From positions 88,288,001 to 88,352,000 of the forward strand of contig OZ024743.1 in NCBI GenBank assembly GCA_964016885.1: DNA of 64,000 nt, written 5' to 3'. The position numbers and the translations under genes are program-made. Below, piece after piece: positions 38,701 through 53,139 of this stretch; position 1 is the stretch's first letter; each line of letters begins with the position of its first letter. This stretch comes from Eledone cirrhosa (lineage: Eukaryota). The notes beneath the pieces were generated by a model. It was not told the origin of the DNA and did not search any database. It saw only the letters and a list, made by a program, of their open reading frames with translations.

Positions 38701-40570
38701 TTATTGTATTTGTTATGTGCAGGCTAGTGATACAATATTGATCCATGCCGTAAAGGGAGGTCACCTTGATATTGTCAAGGCATTGCTTGGTAAACATGCT
38801 GATGTAGATATTGCTGGTTCGGTGAGTATTAATCAGTTTCTTACTGGATAAAAATAATGATGTGACACCCTTTCGTACACACACACACTGTACCACTATT
38901 ACCAACACACACATACACGATAGCTCCCCTTAGATGACAACTTGAATAGACCTGATTTTCTCTAAGAAAAACATTTTTTTCATTTGTCCCACAGCCCACA
39001 CTTTTCTATCTTTCTATTTCTTCTTTAATTTCTCATTCTATTTTCTGATGTAGGACTAACGTCGACACTCTTTTCCTATTATATCAGACGTAAAACTATT
39101 TGCTATTTCTCTTTGCCTTTTGTATACATATATATTTATATATATATATATATAATGGCTGCCCCCTCATTATCGAGTACTGCCACTCTCTGAGCAACAG
39201 TAGCTATAACCCGCAAAGAAGAAAAGATCAACATCATCGGTAACTACTGAGCCGCAGGTTTTATGTTGGAGTTATCCCAGTTTCCTGAGTTGCCTTCTTC
39301 TAGAAGAATGCCCTGACAAAGGCTAGGGGCCCTTCACTCCCAGTGGTTTAACCGCGCAATCGGGTATCCAGCCCGATTATTTCTATGTCCCCGCGCATAT
39401 TCATACATATACATATGTATATACACATATACATATACATACATATACATATGTATATACATATTTACATATACATATGTATATACACATATACATATAT
39501 ATATACACATATACATATACATACATATACATATGTATATACACATATACATATACATACATATACATGTGTATATACATATTTACACATTTTTGGATGG
39601 CCATTGACTATCATGAGCTCCTCCGCCCCTTGTCAGGTTTTGTTTTTTATCCTGCAGGGTGTCCAAAATCACCCTCCTCACCAAGTAAACTTGGTGGGGT
39701 TCCTGGTTTAGTTGCCGACGACCCGACCATGCGACAGGATGTACTGGGTTACGTGTTACTAGTAGTGACCCGATATATATATATATATACATGCATGCAA
39801 AAGGCATATATATATGTATATAAAAACAAGAAGTGTAAGCCAACATGCTAAAATTAACTTTGTTTAATCATATTTGCTGTTACATATATATTTTGGTGAT
39901 AACCATTATGCAACAGCTATGACCTCATCAGATAGCTAGAATTTGAACTGAAAAAACAGAAAAACTTAATGATGGAATAAAATTTACTTCTGTTATTTCT
40001 ATTTTTTTTTATATGCTCAGTGCTGAAGTTTGGTGTTGTTTCTATGAGTTGATCATACAATCATATAAAGGCAAAGAATAATTCAAATGTGTGTATGTCT
40101 GCATGTTGTGTATATGTAAATCTATAAATTTATCCTTTCTGTTTCTATGATGTTCCTGCTGCTACTGATGATGGTGCTCATGTTGATGGTGTGTCCAGGA
40201 AGGTAAAACTGCGCTGTACTGGGGAATTGATAAAGGCTACAATGATATTGTCAAACAACTTCTGGCTATGGATCCTGACTTGGAGATTTGTAACAAGGTT
40301 CGTTAATCAGTGCTTTTTTTTCTTTTGTTCATCTCTGCAATGGCAGTGTTGATAATTACTGGTATCTGTGAGTGTCAGTGTGAGGTTGTCATATGTGGAA
40401 AGTCTACCTGTAGTAGTGTATGGTGTAAAGTTGAGAAGGTAGTTCTGTATTAAAGACATTGGTTTATGTGTATGCGTATATATATATATATATATACATC
40501 AGTTAGTGTTGTTGATGGTGTTGAATAGTTGTGTGTGTGTGTGTATATACATCAGTTAGTGTTGAATAGT

Positions 40571-40602
<32 letters not shown>

Positions 40603-40635
40603 CATCAGTTAGTGTTGTTGATGGTGTTGAATAGT

Positions 40636-40667
<32 letters not shown>

Positions 40668-40935
40668 CATCAGTTAGTGTTGTTGATGGTGTTGAATAGT
40701 TGTGTGTGTATATATATAGAGAGAGAGATAGATAGATATACACAGACAACAAACACAATATTTTTTTGCTGAAATGCCAGTCTGAGGAGCAAATCAATAA
40801 TGGAATCAGGTCCATAACTTCTATGGGTGACCTTGAGCCAATCCTCAGTAGCACGCATAACAGGTTGATACACAATAAAAAAACTAAATACATGCAAACA
40901 AAACTTCGTTTTTCTCTCTCTCCCTCATATATATG

Positions 40936-40967
<32 letters not shown>

Positions 40968-43900
40968 GATATTAATTTAAAAGTTTATTTGTTTCTAATA
41001 CTTAGACATCTCAATGAAAGGATGAAATATACAGATAAGATATCACTAAGAGAAGCAATTTTATATATTAAACTTATGCCAAAATCTCAATTTAGAGGAG
41101 TATAAGTCAGACAGACTAAAATAAGTTAGTGTAATTCATATAATCATCTCCCTACCATGGTTTCAGGAACAAAAGAAACAATATCACCCATTTCAAATCA
41201 TTAGAAGAACTTGTTTTATCATCAGGGAAGGATTCCTTGGAATATATATATATAATGATTTCTTATATAGGCACAAGGCCAGCAATTTTGGCGGAGGGGA
41301 AAGTCGATTAAATCGACCCCAGTGCGTGACTGGTACTTTATTTTATCAACCCCGTAAGGATGAAAGGCAAAGTTAACCTCGGCGGGATTTGAACTCAGAT
41401 CATAAAGGGCCGTAACTCTATGCTGCAAAGCATGGCGTCCGACCCTCTACCAATACTGCCAATCCACCACCCTGGAATATATATATATAATGAAATTATT
41501 GTTTATTTACTTTAAGGATGGTGATACTCCTTTGCTGAAAGCTGTCCGACACCGTAACGAGGAATGTGTGTGTATGTTGATGGAAAAAGGAGCTAAAGTA
41601 TCAGCAGTTGACAAGGTCAGTGATCTATTGATTTCGTTGCAGGCTTAAGTCATTCAATAACATCATCATCATCCATTTCATCTCCAAGAGTTGGACAAGT
41701 CGTCACTGGTCAAGTGAGGCTACTAACCTTTCCAATATACTGTGGCACCTGCCTCTTACTTCTACCAACATCTCAAATGAGCCGAGGGCCTGCATCGCAT
41801 TTACATACACTCAACCAAGTACATTTTATTGTGGTATCAGCAATAGAGAGTTTGTCATATTTTTGACACAGCTGAATTCTTCTCTTGACTCTTTGTTTGG
41901 CAGGTTTTCTATTACCAGCCACTTTACAGAGTGTACTGGGTGCTTTTATCATGTAGAGCACCAAATCTAGAGAGGTTATCATGCCTTTGACAAAACTGGA
42001 GACCTCTCAACCCTTTTTTGACATGGTTTATACAGACTAATGCCCTTCCTATTGCCAACCACTTTATATGTTGTACTGGGAACATTTTTCATGTCTTCAA
42101 CACTAGAGAAGTTATCATACTCTTGACACAACTGAAAATATTTCTCAATCCTTTGTAGCATGTATACTTTTCCTATTGCCAACCACCTCTCCAATCATCA
42201 TCATCACCATTAAACGTCTATTTTTCCATGCTAGCATGGGTTAGATGAGTTGTCCCGTTGTGAGACAAGTCAGATCATATGACCATATCATGCTCGTACA
42301 GAACTGTTTCTGGCTTGGGTTCTATGACTGGATGTCCTTCCTAATGCCAACCACATTTACAGTGTGAGCTGGGTACTTGTTATGAAACCTACACGACTAC
42401 TTTACAGTGTGAGCTGGGTTTCTTATAATATATATTACTGTACTACAAGTCAAAACGTGTAGTTTTACACTCGTATACATACTCTTACCTCAACTTCTGA
42501 TTAAACTCTCAAGTACATTTACCTTGAAAGAACATAGAGTGGATAGGACTTTTTTTTACTTGTAAGAAGCAAGGCAACCTCTCTAGTGTTGGCGCCATAA
42601 TAAAATACACCCAGTACACTCTGTAAAGTGATTGGCAAACAGAGACAACATGGTGTAAAAAAAGCTCTTTAGTTTTGTTAAGGACATGACAAAACCTCTA
42701 ATGCTGGTGCCACAATAAAATATACCCAGTACACTCTGTAAAGCAGTTTGTGTTAGAGAGTTTATCCAGCCATAGAAAATGTGCCGAAAATATGATGTTT
42801 GAGTGGTATGTGGTACTCTAAGAAGACAATAACTCTGAATAAGAACTGACTTGAACTGTAACAATTCGTTTAAGCCATCATGACTTTGACAGATGTGAAA
42901 TGATGATTATGATGATAATATTTTGTATGCATATTCTTGCACTTTATCTTATCAATATATCTAACATCCGTCTTCCCTGCTAGCAAGAATTAGATAAGTC
43001 ATATATATATACCCCATACCCCTCCCACCCATCCCCACTCCCCACCATTATTATTTCGACCAATCTTAAGTCAACGGCCTTTGCTATCACTTCTTCCGGT
43101 TGCCTTTCGATATGATGGATGCACTAGGGAATTCTGGAAAGTCTGAAAAATCTGGATACTCAGTGACAATGCCAAAGATAAAGACAAATTCACCTCATGC
43201 CGCTGGACGAAAAGGCAAGGACTCCTCTTTATTTCGGCTGCGAATGGCCAACATAACCCCAACCCCAGCCCCTTCACCTCTCCCCACGCCCCACCGTTCC
43301 CACCCACCAAACGCAATCCAAAACTTCAGAGTTGGTACCTTAAAAGGTCGCTCTAACGAGGTTGTAGAAATGCTTGAACGTAAGGAGCTTGATGTTTGCT
43401 GTATCCAAGAGACCAGGTGGAGGGGTGGGTCTGCTAGATTCATTGTGGGTAAAAAACGATGCTATAAGCTTTTCTGGGTGGGAAATGACAATGGGCTGGG
43501 TGGGGTAGGAATCATGTTAGCAGAAAAATGGGTAGATAAGATAATAGAAGTAAATAGAGTGAACGACAGAATAATTAAAATAAGACTTGTCCTAAATAGA
43601 ACTACTGTGACACTAATATCTGCATACGCACCCCAGTCCGGACTGCCCGGCACTATAAAAGACAGATTCTATGAGACATTGATGCTCACTACCTCCCAAA
43701 TAACCGACAGTGACTACATAATTATTGCTGGCGACCTAAATGGTCACGTTGGACAACATTGTGATGGCTATGACGGAATCCATGCAGGCTATGGGTTTGG
43801 TACTAGAAATGAGGAAGGCTCCAGAATCCTGGAATTCTGTGACACAAATAACCTAACTGTCTGTAACACTAACTTCAAAAAACGAGAAAATCACTTGATC

Positions 43901-46900
43901 ACCTATAGATCAGGGGAACACGCCAGTCAGATAGATTATATCCTTACCAGAAGACCCGAGAGTGTCTGTTGTAAACACTAAATCCCTCCCCCATGAAGAA
44001 TGCACCGCCCAACATAGACTCATAGTCAGCGACCTAATAGTCAGGACAAGACGTACTCGACAACAGAGGAGGACTATCCTCAGGAGAAAAATATAGAAGC
44101 TAAAGGACCCTACAGCCAGTAATAAATTTAAAAGCATATTACTTGATGCTTTTGACAGTAAGGAAGAGCAATTAGAGTCGTACAATATAGAGGAACAGTG
44201 GGAATTCCTGAAAGCTAACCTGCTGAAGGCGGCAGATGATGTCTGTGGCTGGAGCAGGCCTATAGGCAGGAGGAGAGTAACGTGGTGGTGGAACAGTAAG
44301 GTGGAGGAGTCAATTAAGGCCAAAAAGCAGGCTTGGAAAGTATGGCGGGATGGGGGAAGTAGAGAAGACTATCAAGTGGCCAGGAGGGAAGCTAGGAGAC
44401 AAGTGTACTTCGCAAGAAGGGAAGCAGAGGAAAGAAAGTTCAAGCATGTTCTACAACGCCAGGACCAAAAACGTGAGGTTTTCAGGATTGCTAGGCAATG
44501 TGTCAAGGAAAACAGTGATATTGTCCTTAATGATGATGGTGTACTTGCCATCACTGACGCTGATAAGAAGGTAGCTTGGAAGTGTCACTACGAAAGGCTA
44601 CTAAATGAGGAGAATAATTGGGAGAAAGACAGTCTCCCCCACATCGATCCAATAGAGGGACCAGCAGTGCTAGTTGAAGGTAGTATAATAAGTAAGGCAA
44701 TCAAAGATATGAAGACGGGTAAGGCGGCTGGGCCTTTGGAAATAGTTGCTGAAATGCTGAAAGCATCTGGAACGGTGGGACACACCATGGTCACCCGGAT
44801 AGTAAACCAAATCATACAGAATGGGGTCGTTCCGAAAGACTGGCGTAGCAGCAGCATCATTAACTGCTACAAGGGTAAAGGAGATGCCCTAGATAGGGGT
44901 AACTATAGAGGCATTAAATTAATCGACCAGGTCATGAAGGTCACAGAAAAAGTAATAGCGCAACTAATCAGGGAGGGAATTGATACAGGAGAAGTACCTA
45001 GCTAAAAGTAAACCCCTATACTTAGCTTTTGTTGACTTGGAAAAAGCCTTTGACAGAGTCCCCCGCTCAATTATCTAGTGGGCTCTTAGAAAACTAGGTG
45101 TTGATGAATGGCTTGTGAGAGCTATACAAGCCATGTATAAAGAAACAGTCAGCAAGGTTAGAATTAACAACGAATATAGTGAAGAGTTTAGCGTAAAAGT
45201 TGGGGTTCATCAGGGCTCCGTCCTTAGCCCCCTCCTATTTATTATTGCCCTTCAGGCTATAACAGAGGAGTTCAAGACCGGCTGCCCATGGGAACTCCTA
45301 TACGCAGATGATCTAAAGCTCATAGCTGAATCAATGACCGAACTAGAGAAGAAATTCCAAACATGGAAGCACGGCCTAGAATCAAAAGGCCTTAAAATTA
45401 ACCTGTCTAAGACTAAAGTTCTAGTTTGTAGCAAGGAAAATAGGGCACCAGTCCCATCTGGGAAATGTCCATACTTACTGTGTAGGAAAGGAGTAGGCAG
45501 AAACTCCATTTTATGTCCCAAATGCAAAGTTTGGGTGCATAAAAGATGTAGTGGTATCACAGGTAAGCTAACTAAGAATATAGATTTTATATATGGCCGG
45601 TGCTCTGGTGCAATAAGTAGCAGCAAGTGCCCATAGAATACTAGCTCATTCCATTGCACAGATGGTTCTATAGAAATAGTGGACACCTTCCGTTACCTGG
45701 GTGACAAAATCAGCAGTGGTGGAGGGTGCTCTGAAAGTACAGTAGCTAGAGTCAGAATGGGATGGAAAAAGTTCAGAGAGCTTATACCACTATTGGCCGC
45801 TAAAGGGTTCTCTCTAAAAATGAAAGGCAGGCTGTATGATGCCTGCATACGAACAGCAATGTTACATGGCAGTGAGACCTGGGCATTGTGTGCAGAGGAT
45901 ATACGCAGACTGGAGAGGAACGAAGCTTGCATGCTCTGCTGGATTTGTAATAGTAATATAAACGGCAAAGCATAAACGAACTAAGGGAGAAATTAGGAAT
46001 AAGAGGGATCAGATGCTGTTTACTCGAGAGAAGACTACGTTGGTACGGTCACATGATGCGCATGAAAGACGACAGTTGTATAAAAATAGATGGTAGCCAT
46101 GGAGTAGGCAGACCCAGAAAAACCTGGGACGACTTGATAAATTCCGACCTCACAAACTTACACCTCTCCAAGACAATGTCACTGGACCAAGATCTTTGGC
46201 GCTACACAGTAATACAGAAGACCCGCCTTGCCTAAGTACAAAGCGAAACCTACAGTCAGTAGGCACCTCTAACAAAAATACACCCCCGTCCACTACCCCC
46301 ATCCCATCCACACCACCCCTTCCAATGTAAAGTTATGTTGCTACCACAACATCCAGTCCAAAACAAATGAGGTCGTGTAGGTGTCACGACAAAAAAACAC
46401 ACAGTCCACGCTGTAATGTGGCCATGTAGGTAACACGGTAAAAACCTCCCAGTCCACACTGTAAACGTGGTTGGTGTTAGGAAGGGTATCCAGCTGTAGA
46501 AAACCCGCCGGACAGTCTTATACGAGCAAGACAACTAATCTTGCTTCAAGTGGGAAAATACCCATCCAAACCCATGCAAGCGTGGAAGATGGACGTTAAA
46601 CGATGATGATATATCATCATCATCATCATTTCATTTTACGTCCGCTTTTTCCCTGCTTGCAAGGGTGGGATGGGAACTGATTCTGGCTTGATTTCTACAG
46701 CTGGATGCCCTTCCTAACACCAACCTCATTTACAGTGAGTGCTGGGTGCTTTTTTGCCATGGCACCTCCACGACCACTTTGCAGTGGAATGATAGGGACC
46801 CCTGTCCCTATCATCTCATTTCTACAGCTGAGTAAACTGGAGCAATGTGAAATAAAGTGTCTTGCCCAAGGAAACAACACATCACCCGGTCTGAGAATTG

Positions 46901-48951
46901 AACTCACAACCTGTCGATTGCAAGGCCAATGCTCTAACCACTAGCCCCGAAACAAGATATCTCTAGCGGTCAACTGATGAAATAGGATTACAGTCTGTAT
47001 TCATTTATATATATATAAATGAATATCTGTGTGATCATTTTCACATCCACTTTCCCATGCTGGTATTGGTTAGATAGGATGTTTTGAGACAATATTTTAC
47101 AGCTGGGTATCTTTCCTGACCCCAACCCTTTTAGTCAGCTCTTACAGCGTGCAGGGGTACAGTGTACTTATTTTAAAAACCAGGATGTGTGTGTGTGTAT
47201 ACACACATACACACATTCATTATACTTCATCTTATCTCTATTGCTAAAATAACACTGTATCTATGTCCATAACTCTTTGATCGTGACATGAATCTCTCCA
47301 CCTCACCTCTTATCTCATTGAAGTGTGTGGGGTGGGGTGGTAGTTAATGGGAATCAAATGACACATTTTTATTTTATTTTATTTCACCTGCACTATAAGT
47401 GTCCGTCTGTGTGGGTGTATTTTATCTGTCATATTCAGTTCATAGAAATTCTGCTGACAAACATTTTCTGTTTAGTTGCTTTTCCTGAAATCATGAGGCC
47501 CCTTCAGTTGTAACGACCTGACAACCTTCCTAGTGTTGGTTCCATGATAAAATGTACTCAGTACACACTGTAAAGTGGTTGATTTTAGGAAAGGTATCCA
47601 ACCATATAAATTATGCAAAAAAAAGAGTTGTGATGTCTCATTAGTTGTGTCAATGGCCTGACCACCTCCCTAGTGCTGGTGCCATGATAAAATGCACTTA
47701 ATACACTCTATAATATGGTTGATGTTATGAAGGACATCTAACCATAGAAGCTATGTCAGAAAGGGTTGAGAGGACACTTCTGTTGTGTCTGTTGTGTCTG
47801 TTGTGTCAATGGCCTGACAACTTCCTTAGTGCTGGTGCTATGATAAATGCACCTAGTATACTCTGTTAAGTGGTTAACACTAGGAAAGACATCCAGCTGT
47901 AGAAACTATGGGATGTATGTAAATGAGTTATGGTCTCTGGCCCATCCAGAAAGCTCCAATTTAGTACTAACTTTATCTGCAAAAACCTGTCTAAATTAAA
48001 ATGAGCATTAACCCTTTCATGACTACATTTCTAATGAAATACACTCTATTTCAATTAATTAATGAAGAATTTTGAGGGATTTACTAAAATTATTCATTAT
48101 TCCGTGACTAAAGTAGTAACTTAATGTAAGGTTCTTATATAAAATTATGTTGGAAGATTTTAATTTAAATTAGAAACCTTTAAAATGCGTGGTTTTATTT
48201 CATAGAACCAGAGCTGGTTTTGGCCAGGTTGGTAACGAAAGGGTTATATAAAAATGATCTACAGTACTGACTCATATTCATCATCATCATCATCATGGTA
48301 GTAAGGGTTGGACAGGTCATCATTAGATTAGGATGGTACTCAAGAGGAGATGTTGACTCCACAGATCAGCCAGGAGCCTGCATCTCGCTTACATATATTC
48401 CTGTATTCTACCAAGAGCTGAGACAGGCTGGCAGCCTGCAACTTAGAATGCCATGCACTACCAAGTCCATTTTATTGTGACACAAGCACAAGTGAAGTTG
48501 TCATGTCTTTGACATAGCTGGAGAGCCTTCTAAGCCTTTGTTTGGCAGGTTTTCTACAGTTGAATACCCTTCCTATCACCAACCACATTCTATGTATATA
48601 TATATATATATCATCATCATTTTACGTCCGCTTTTCCCTGCTTGCAAGGGTGGGACGGGAACTGATTCTGGCTTGATTTCTACAGTTGGATGCCCTTCCT
48701 AACACCAACCTCATTTACAGTGAGTGCTGGGTACTTTTTTTCCGTGGCGCCTACATGACCTCTTTTCAGCTGTAGAAATGAGATGATAGGGACCCCAGTC
48801 CCTATTATCTCATTTCTACAGCTGAGTAAACTGGAGCAATGTGAAATAAAGTGTCTTGCTCAAGGAAACAACACATCACCCGGTCTGAGAATTTAACTCC
48901 CAATCTTTCGATTGCAAGGCCAATGCTCTAACCACTAAGCCATGTGCCTCC

Positions 48952-48989
<38 letters not shown>

Positions 48990-51900
48990 ACGAGAGGGTG
49001 CTGAAAAGTTCATGGCTTTGGGTAAAAGAAAATACAAGAGGATCAGTTAATTATGATTTTATTCAACATATTCTCCTCCCAGATTCACACACTTATTGCA
49101 GCAGTTCTACCTCCCCTGTAAAGGTAACAACGTACTCTTAAATCCAGGAACTTTTCAGCACCCTCCTCTTATATGTTCCTATACATGTATATATGTATAT
49201 GTTCTTATATATGCATATATACATGTGTAAATGTACATATATATACTTCAATGAAAAAAGAAGGCTGAATTCTAATATACTCCTTTAATGTTTCATAGGA
49301 ACCCCATACGTATTTCTATGGTCAGCAGCTTAAGTCATCATGTCGTAAGTCATTCAATGACGTTGTCAGGTGTAAAACATAATAAAGATTAAGTAATCAG
49401 CTTCTGGGTTATGGCAAAATATAAACAGATAATTGATAGACCACCTCCATATCAATTCTCTGTTTATATTACACCTGACGACCTCACCGTCGTCATCATG
49501 ATGACATAAGCCGCTGACCATAGAAATGTTTGATGACGTAAGCGGCTGACCATAAAAATGTTTGATGACGTAAGCGGCTGACCATAAAAATGTTTATTGT
49601 GTCTCAGAAAACATTAAAGGAATATATTGGAATCCAGCCTTTTTTTTTTCATTGGGTGTTTAACTCTGTTCCTGCACCAGCCACAAGATACCAAATCTAT
49701 GATGGGTGTTATGCACAACGTTGAGTGCTTTTTCTTATTGCATTTAGTCTGCTAATGGAAATGATAAGTTCTACCCATTAGTTAAACCATCCAACATAAA
49801 TGGTATATATATAAAGAACGATGCTATAAGCTTTTCTGGGTGGGAAATGACAATGGGCTGGGTGGAGTAGGAATCATGGTAGCAGAAAAGTGGGCAGATA
49901 AGATAATAGACGTAAATAGAGTGAACGACAGAATAATTAAAGTAAGACTTGTCCTCAATAGAACTACGGTGACAGTAATATCTGCGTACGCACCCCAATC
50001 CGGACTGCCCGGCACTATAAAAGACAGATTCTATGAGACACTGATGCTCACTACCTCCCAAATAACCGACAGTGACTATATAATTATTGCAGGCGACCTA
50101 AATGGTCACGTTGGACAACATTGTGACGGCTATGACGGAATCCATGGAGGCTATGGGTTCGGTACTAGAAATGAGGAAGGCTCCAGAATCCTGGAATTCT
50201 GTGACGCAAATAACCTAACTATCTGTAACACTAACTTCAAAAAACGAAACAATCACCTGATCACCTATAGATCGGGGGAACACACAAGCCAGGTAGATTA
50301 TATCCTTACCAGAAGACGTGACAGAGTGTCTATTGTAAACACTAAATCCCTCCCCCATGAAGAATGCACCTCCCAACATAGACTGATAATTAGCGACCTC
50401 ATAGTCAGGACGAGACATACTAGACAGCAGAAGAGGACTATCCTCAGGAGAAAAATATGGAAGCTAAAGGACCCCACAGCCAGAAATAAATTTCAAAGCA
50501 TATTACTTGATGCTTTCGACAGTAAGGAAGAGCAATTAGAGTCGTACAATATAGAGGAACAGTGCGAATTCCTGAAAGCAAACCTACGGACGGCGGCAGA
50601 CGAAGTCTGTGGCTGGAGCAGGCCTGTAGGCAGGAGGAGAGTAACATGGTGGTGGAACAGTAAGGTGGGGGAGTCAATTAAGGCCAAAAAGCAGGCTTGG
50701 AAAGTATGGCGGGATGGGGGAAGTAGAGAAGACTATCAAGTGGCCAGGAGGGAAGCTAGGAGACAAGTGTACTTCGCAAGAAGGGAAGCAGAGGAAAGAA
50801 AGTTCAAGCATGTTCTACAACGTGAGATGTTCAGGGTTGCTAGGCAATGTGTCAAGGAAAACAGTGATATTGTCGGGGAGAAGTGTGTACTTAATGATGA
50901 TGGCGTACTTGCCATCACTGACGCTGATAAGAAGGTAGCTTGGAAGTGTCACTACGAAAGGCTTCTAAATGAGGAGAATAAATGGGAGAAAGACAGTCTC
51001 CCCCACATCGACCCAATAGAAGGACCAGCAGTGTTAGTCGAAGGTAGTATAATAAGTAAGGCAATCAAAGATATGAAGACGGGTAAGGCGGCTGGGCCTT
51101 CGGAAATAGTTGCTGAGATGCTGAAAGCCTCTGGAACGGTGGGACACACCATGGTCACCCGGATAGTAAACCAAGTCATACAGAATGGGGTTGTTCCGAA
51201 GGACTGGCGTAGCAGCATCATCATTAACTGTTACAAGGGTAAAGGAGATGCCCTAGATAGGAGTAACTATAGAGGCATTAAATTAATCGACCAGGTCATG
51301 AAGGTCACGGAAAATGTAATAGCGCAACTAATCAGAGAGAGAATTGATCTAGATGAAATGCAGTTCGGGTTTGTGTCAGGCAAAAGTACCACAGGCGCTC
51401 TTTTCATTGTACGACAACTACAGGAGAAGTACCTAGCTAAAAGTAAACCCCTATACTTAGCTTTTGTCGACTTGGAGAAAGCCTTCGACAGAGTCCCCCG
51501 TTCCATTATCTGGTGGGCACTTAGAAAACTAGGTGTTGATGAATGGCTTGTGAGAGCTATACAAGCCATGTATAAAGAAACAGTCAGCAAGGTTAGAATT
51601 AACAACGAATATAGTGAAGAGTTTAGCGTAAAAGTTGGTGTTCATCAGGGCTCTGTTCTTAGCCCCCTACTATTTATTATTGCCCTTCAGCCTATAACAG
51701 CGGAGTTCAAGACCGGCTGCCCATGGGAACTCCTATATGCAGATGATCTAACGCTCATAGCTGAATCAATGGCCGAGCTAGAGAAGAAATTCCAAACATG
51801 GAAGCACGGCCTAGAATCAAAAGGCCTTAAAATTAACCTGGCTAAGACTAAAGTTCTAGTTTGTAGGAAAGAAAATAAGGCGCCGGTCCCTTCCGGGAAA

Positions 51901-53108
51901 TGGCCATGCTCAGTATGTAGGAAAGGCGTAGGTAGAAACTCCATTTTATGTCCCAAATGCAAAGTATGGGTGCATAAAAGATGTAGTGGGATCACAGGTA
52001 AGCTAACTAAGAACATAGATTTTACATGTGGCCGGTGTTCTGGTGCAATAAGTAGCAGCAAGTGCCCACAAAATACTAGCTGTTTCAATTGCGCAGAGGG
52101 TTCTATAGAAATAGTGGACAGCTTCCGTTACCTGGGTGACAAAATCAGCAGTGGGGGTGGGTGCTCTGAAAGTACAGTAGCTAGAGTCAGAACTGGATAG
52201 AAAAAGTTCAGAGAGCTTATACCACTATTAGCCGCTAAAGGGTTCTCCCTAAAAATGAAAGGCAGGTTGTATGATGCCTGCATACGAACAGCAATGTTGC
52301 ATGGCAGTGAGACCTGGGCATTGTGTGCAGAGGATATGCGCAGGCTAGAGAGGAACGAAGCTTGCATGCTCCGCTGGATGTGTAATAGTAATATACGTGA
52401 ACGGCAAAGCATAAACGAACTAAGGGAAAAATTAGAAATAAGAGGGATCAGATGTTGTTTACTCGAGAGAAGGCTACGTTGGTATGGTCACGTGATGCGC
52501 ATGAAAGACGACAGCTGTATAAAAAAGTGCAGGGCAATAAAGATAGACGGTAGCCACGGAGTAGGTAGACCCAGAAAAACCTGGGACGACCTGATAAATT
52601 CCGACCTCACACACTTACACCTCTCCAAGACAATGTCACTGGACCGAGATCTTTGGCAGCACTCAGTAATAGAGAAGACCCGCCTTGCCTAAATACAAAG
52701 TAAACCTACTACAGTCAGTAGGCATCTCTAACAAAATACGCCCCCGTCACACCACCCCCACCCCATCCACACCGGCCCTTTCAATGTAAAGTTATGTTGG
52801 TGCCACAACATCCAGGCCGAAACAAATGAGCTCGTGTAGGTGTCACGACAAAAAAACACACAGTCCACGCTGTAATGTGGCCGTGTAGGCAACACGGTAA
52901 AAACCTCCCAGACCCACACTGTAAATGTGGTTGGTGTTAGGAAGGGCATCCAGCCGTAGAAAACCCGCCAGACAGTCAGTCCTATGCGAGCAATGACAAC
53001 CACTCTTGCCTCAAGTGGGAAAACTCCCGTCCAAACCCATGCAAGCGTGGAACATGGACGTTAAACGATGATGATGATGATGATACATATACCATGTCCT
53101 CTGCAGTC

Positions 53109-53139
<31 letters not shown>

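Noticed and set aside
43010-43130. HDV-like ribozyme at the RTE 5' end
   Set aside because: No nested double pseudoknot could be fitted; the copy is probably truncated at a (TA)n tract
46945-46990. Hammerhead candidates with GAAA..GTCAACTGATGA (also ~808-835)
   Set aside because: Only 2 nt between GTC and CTGATGA, so stem I cannot form; no convincing stem II
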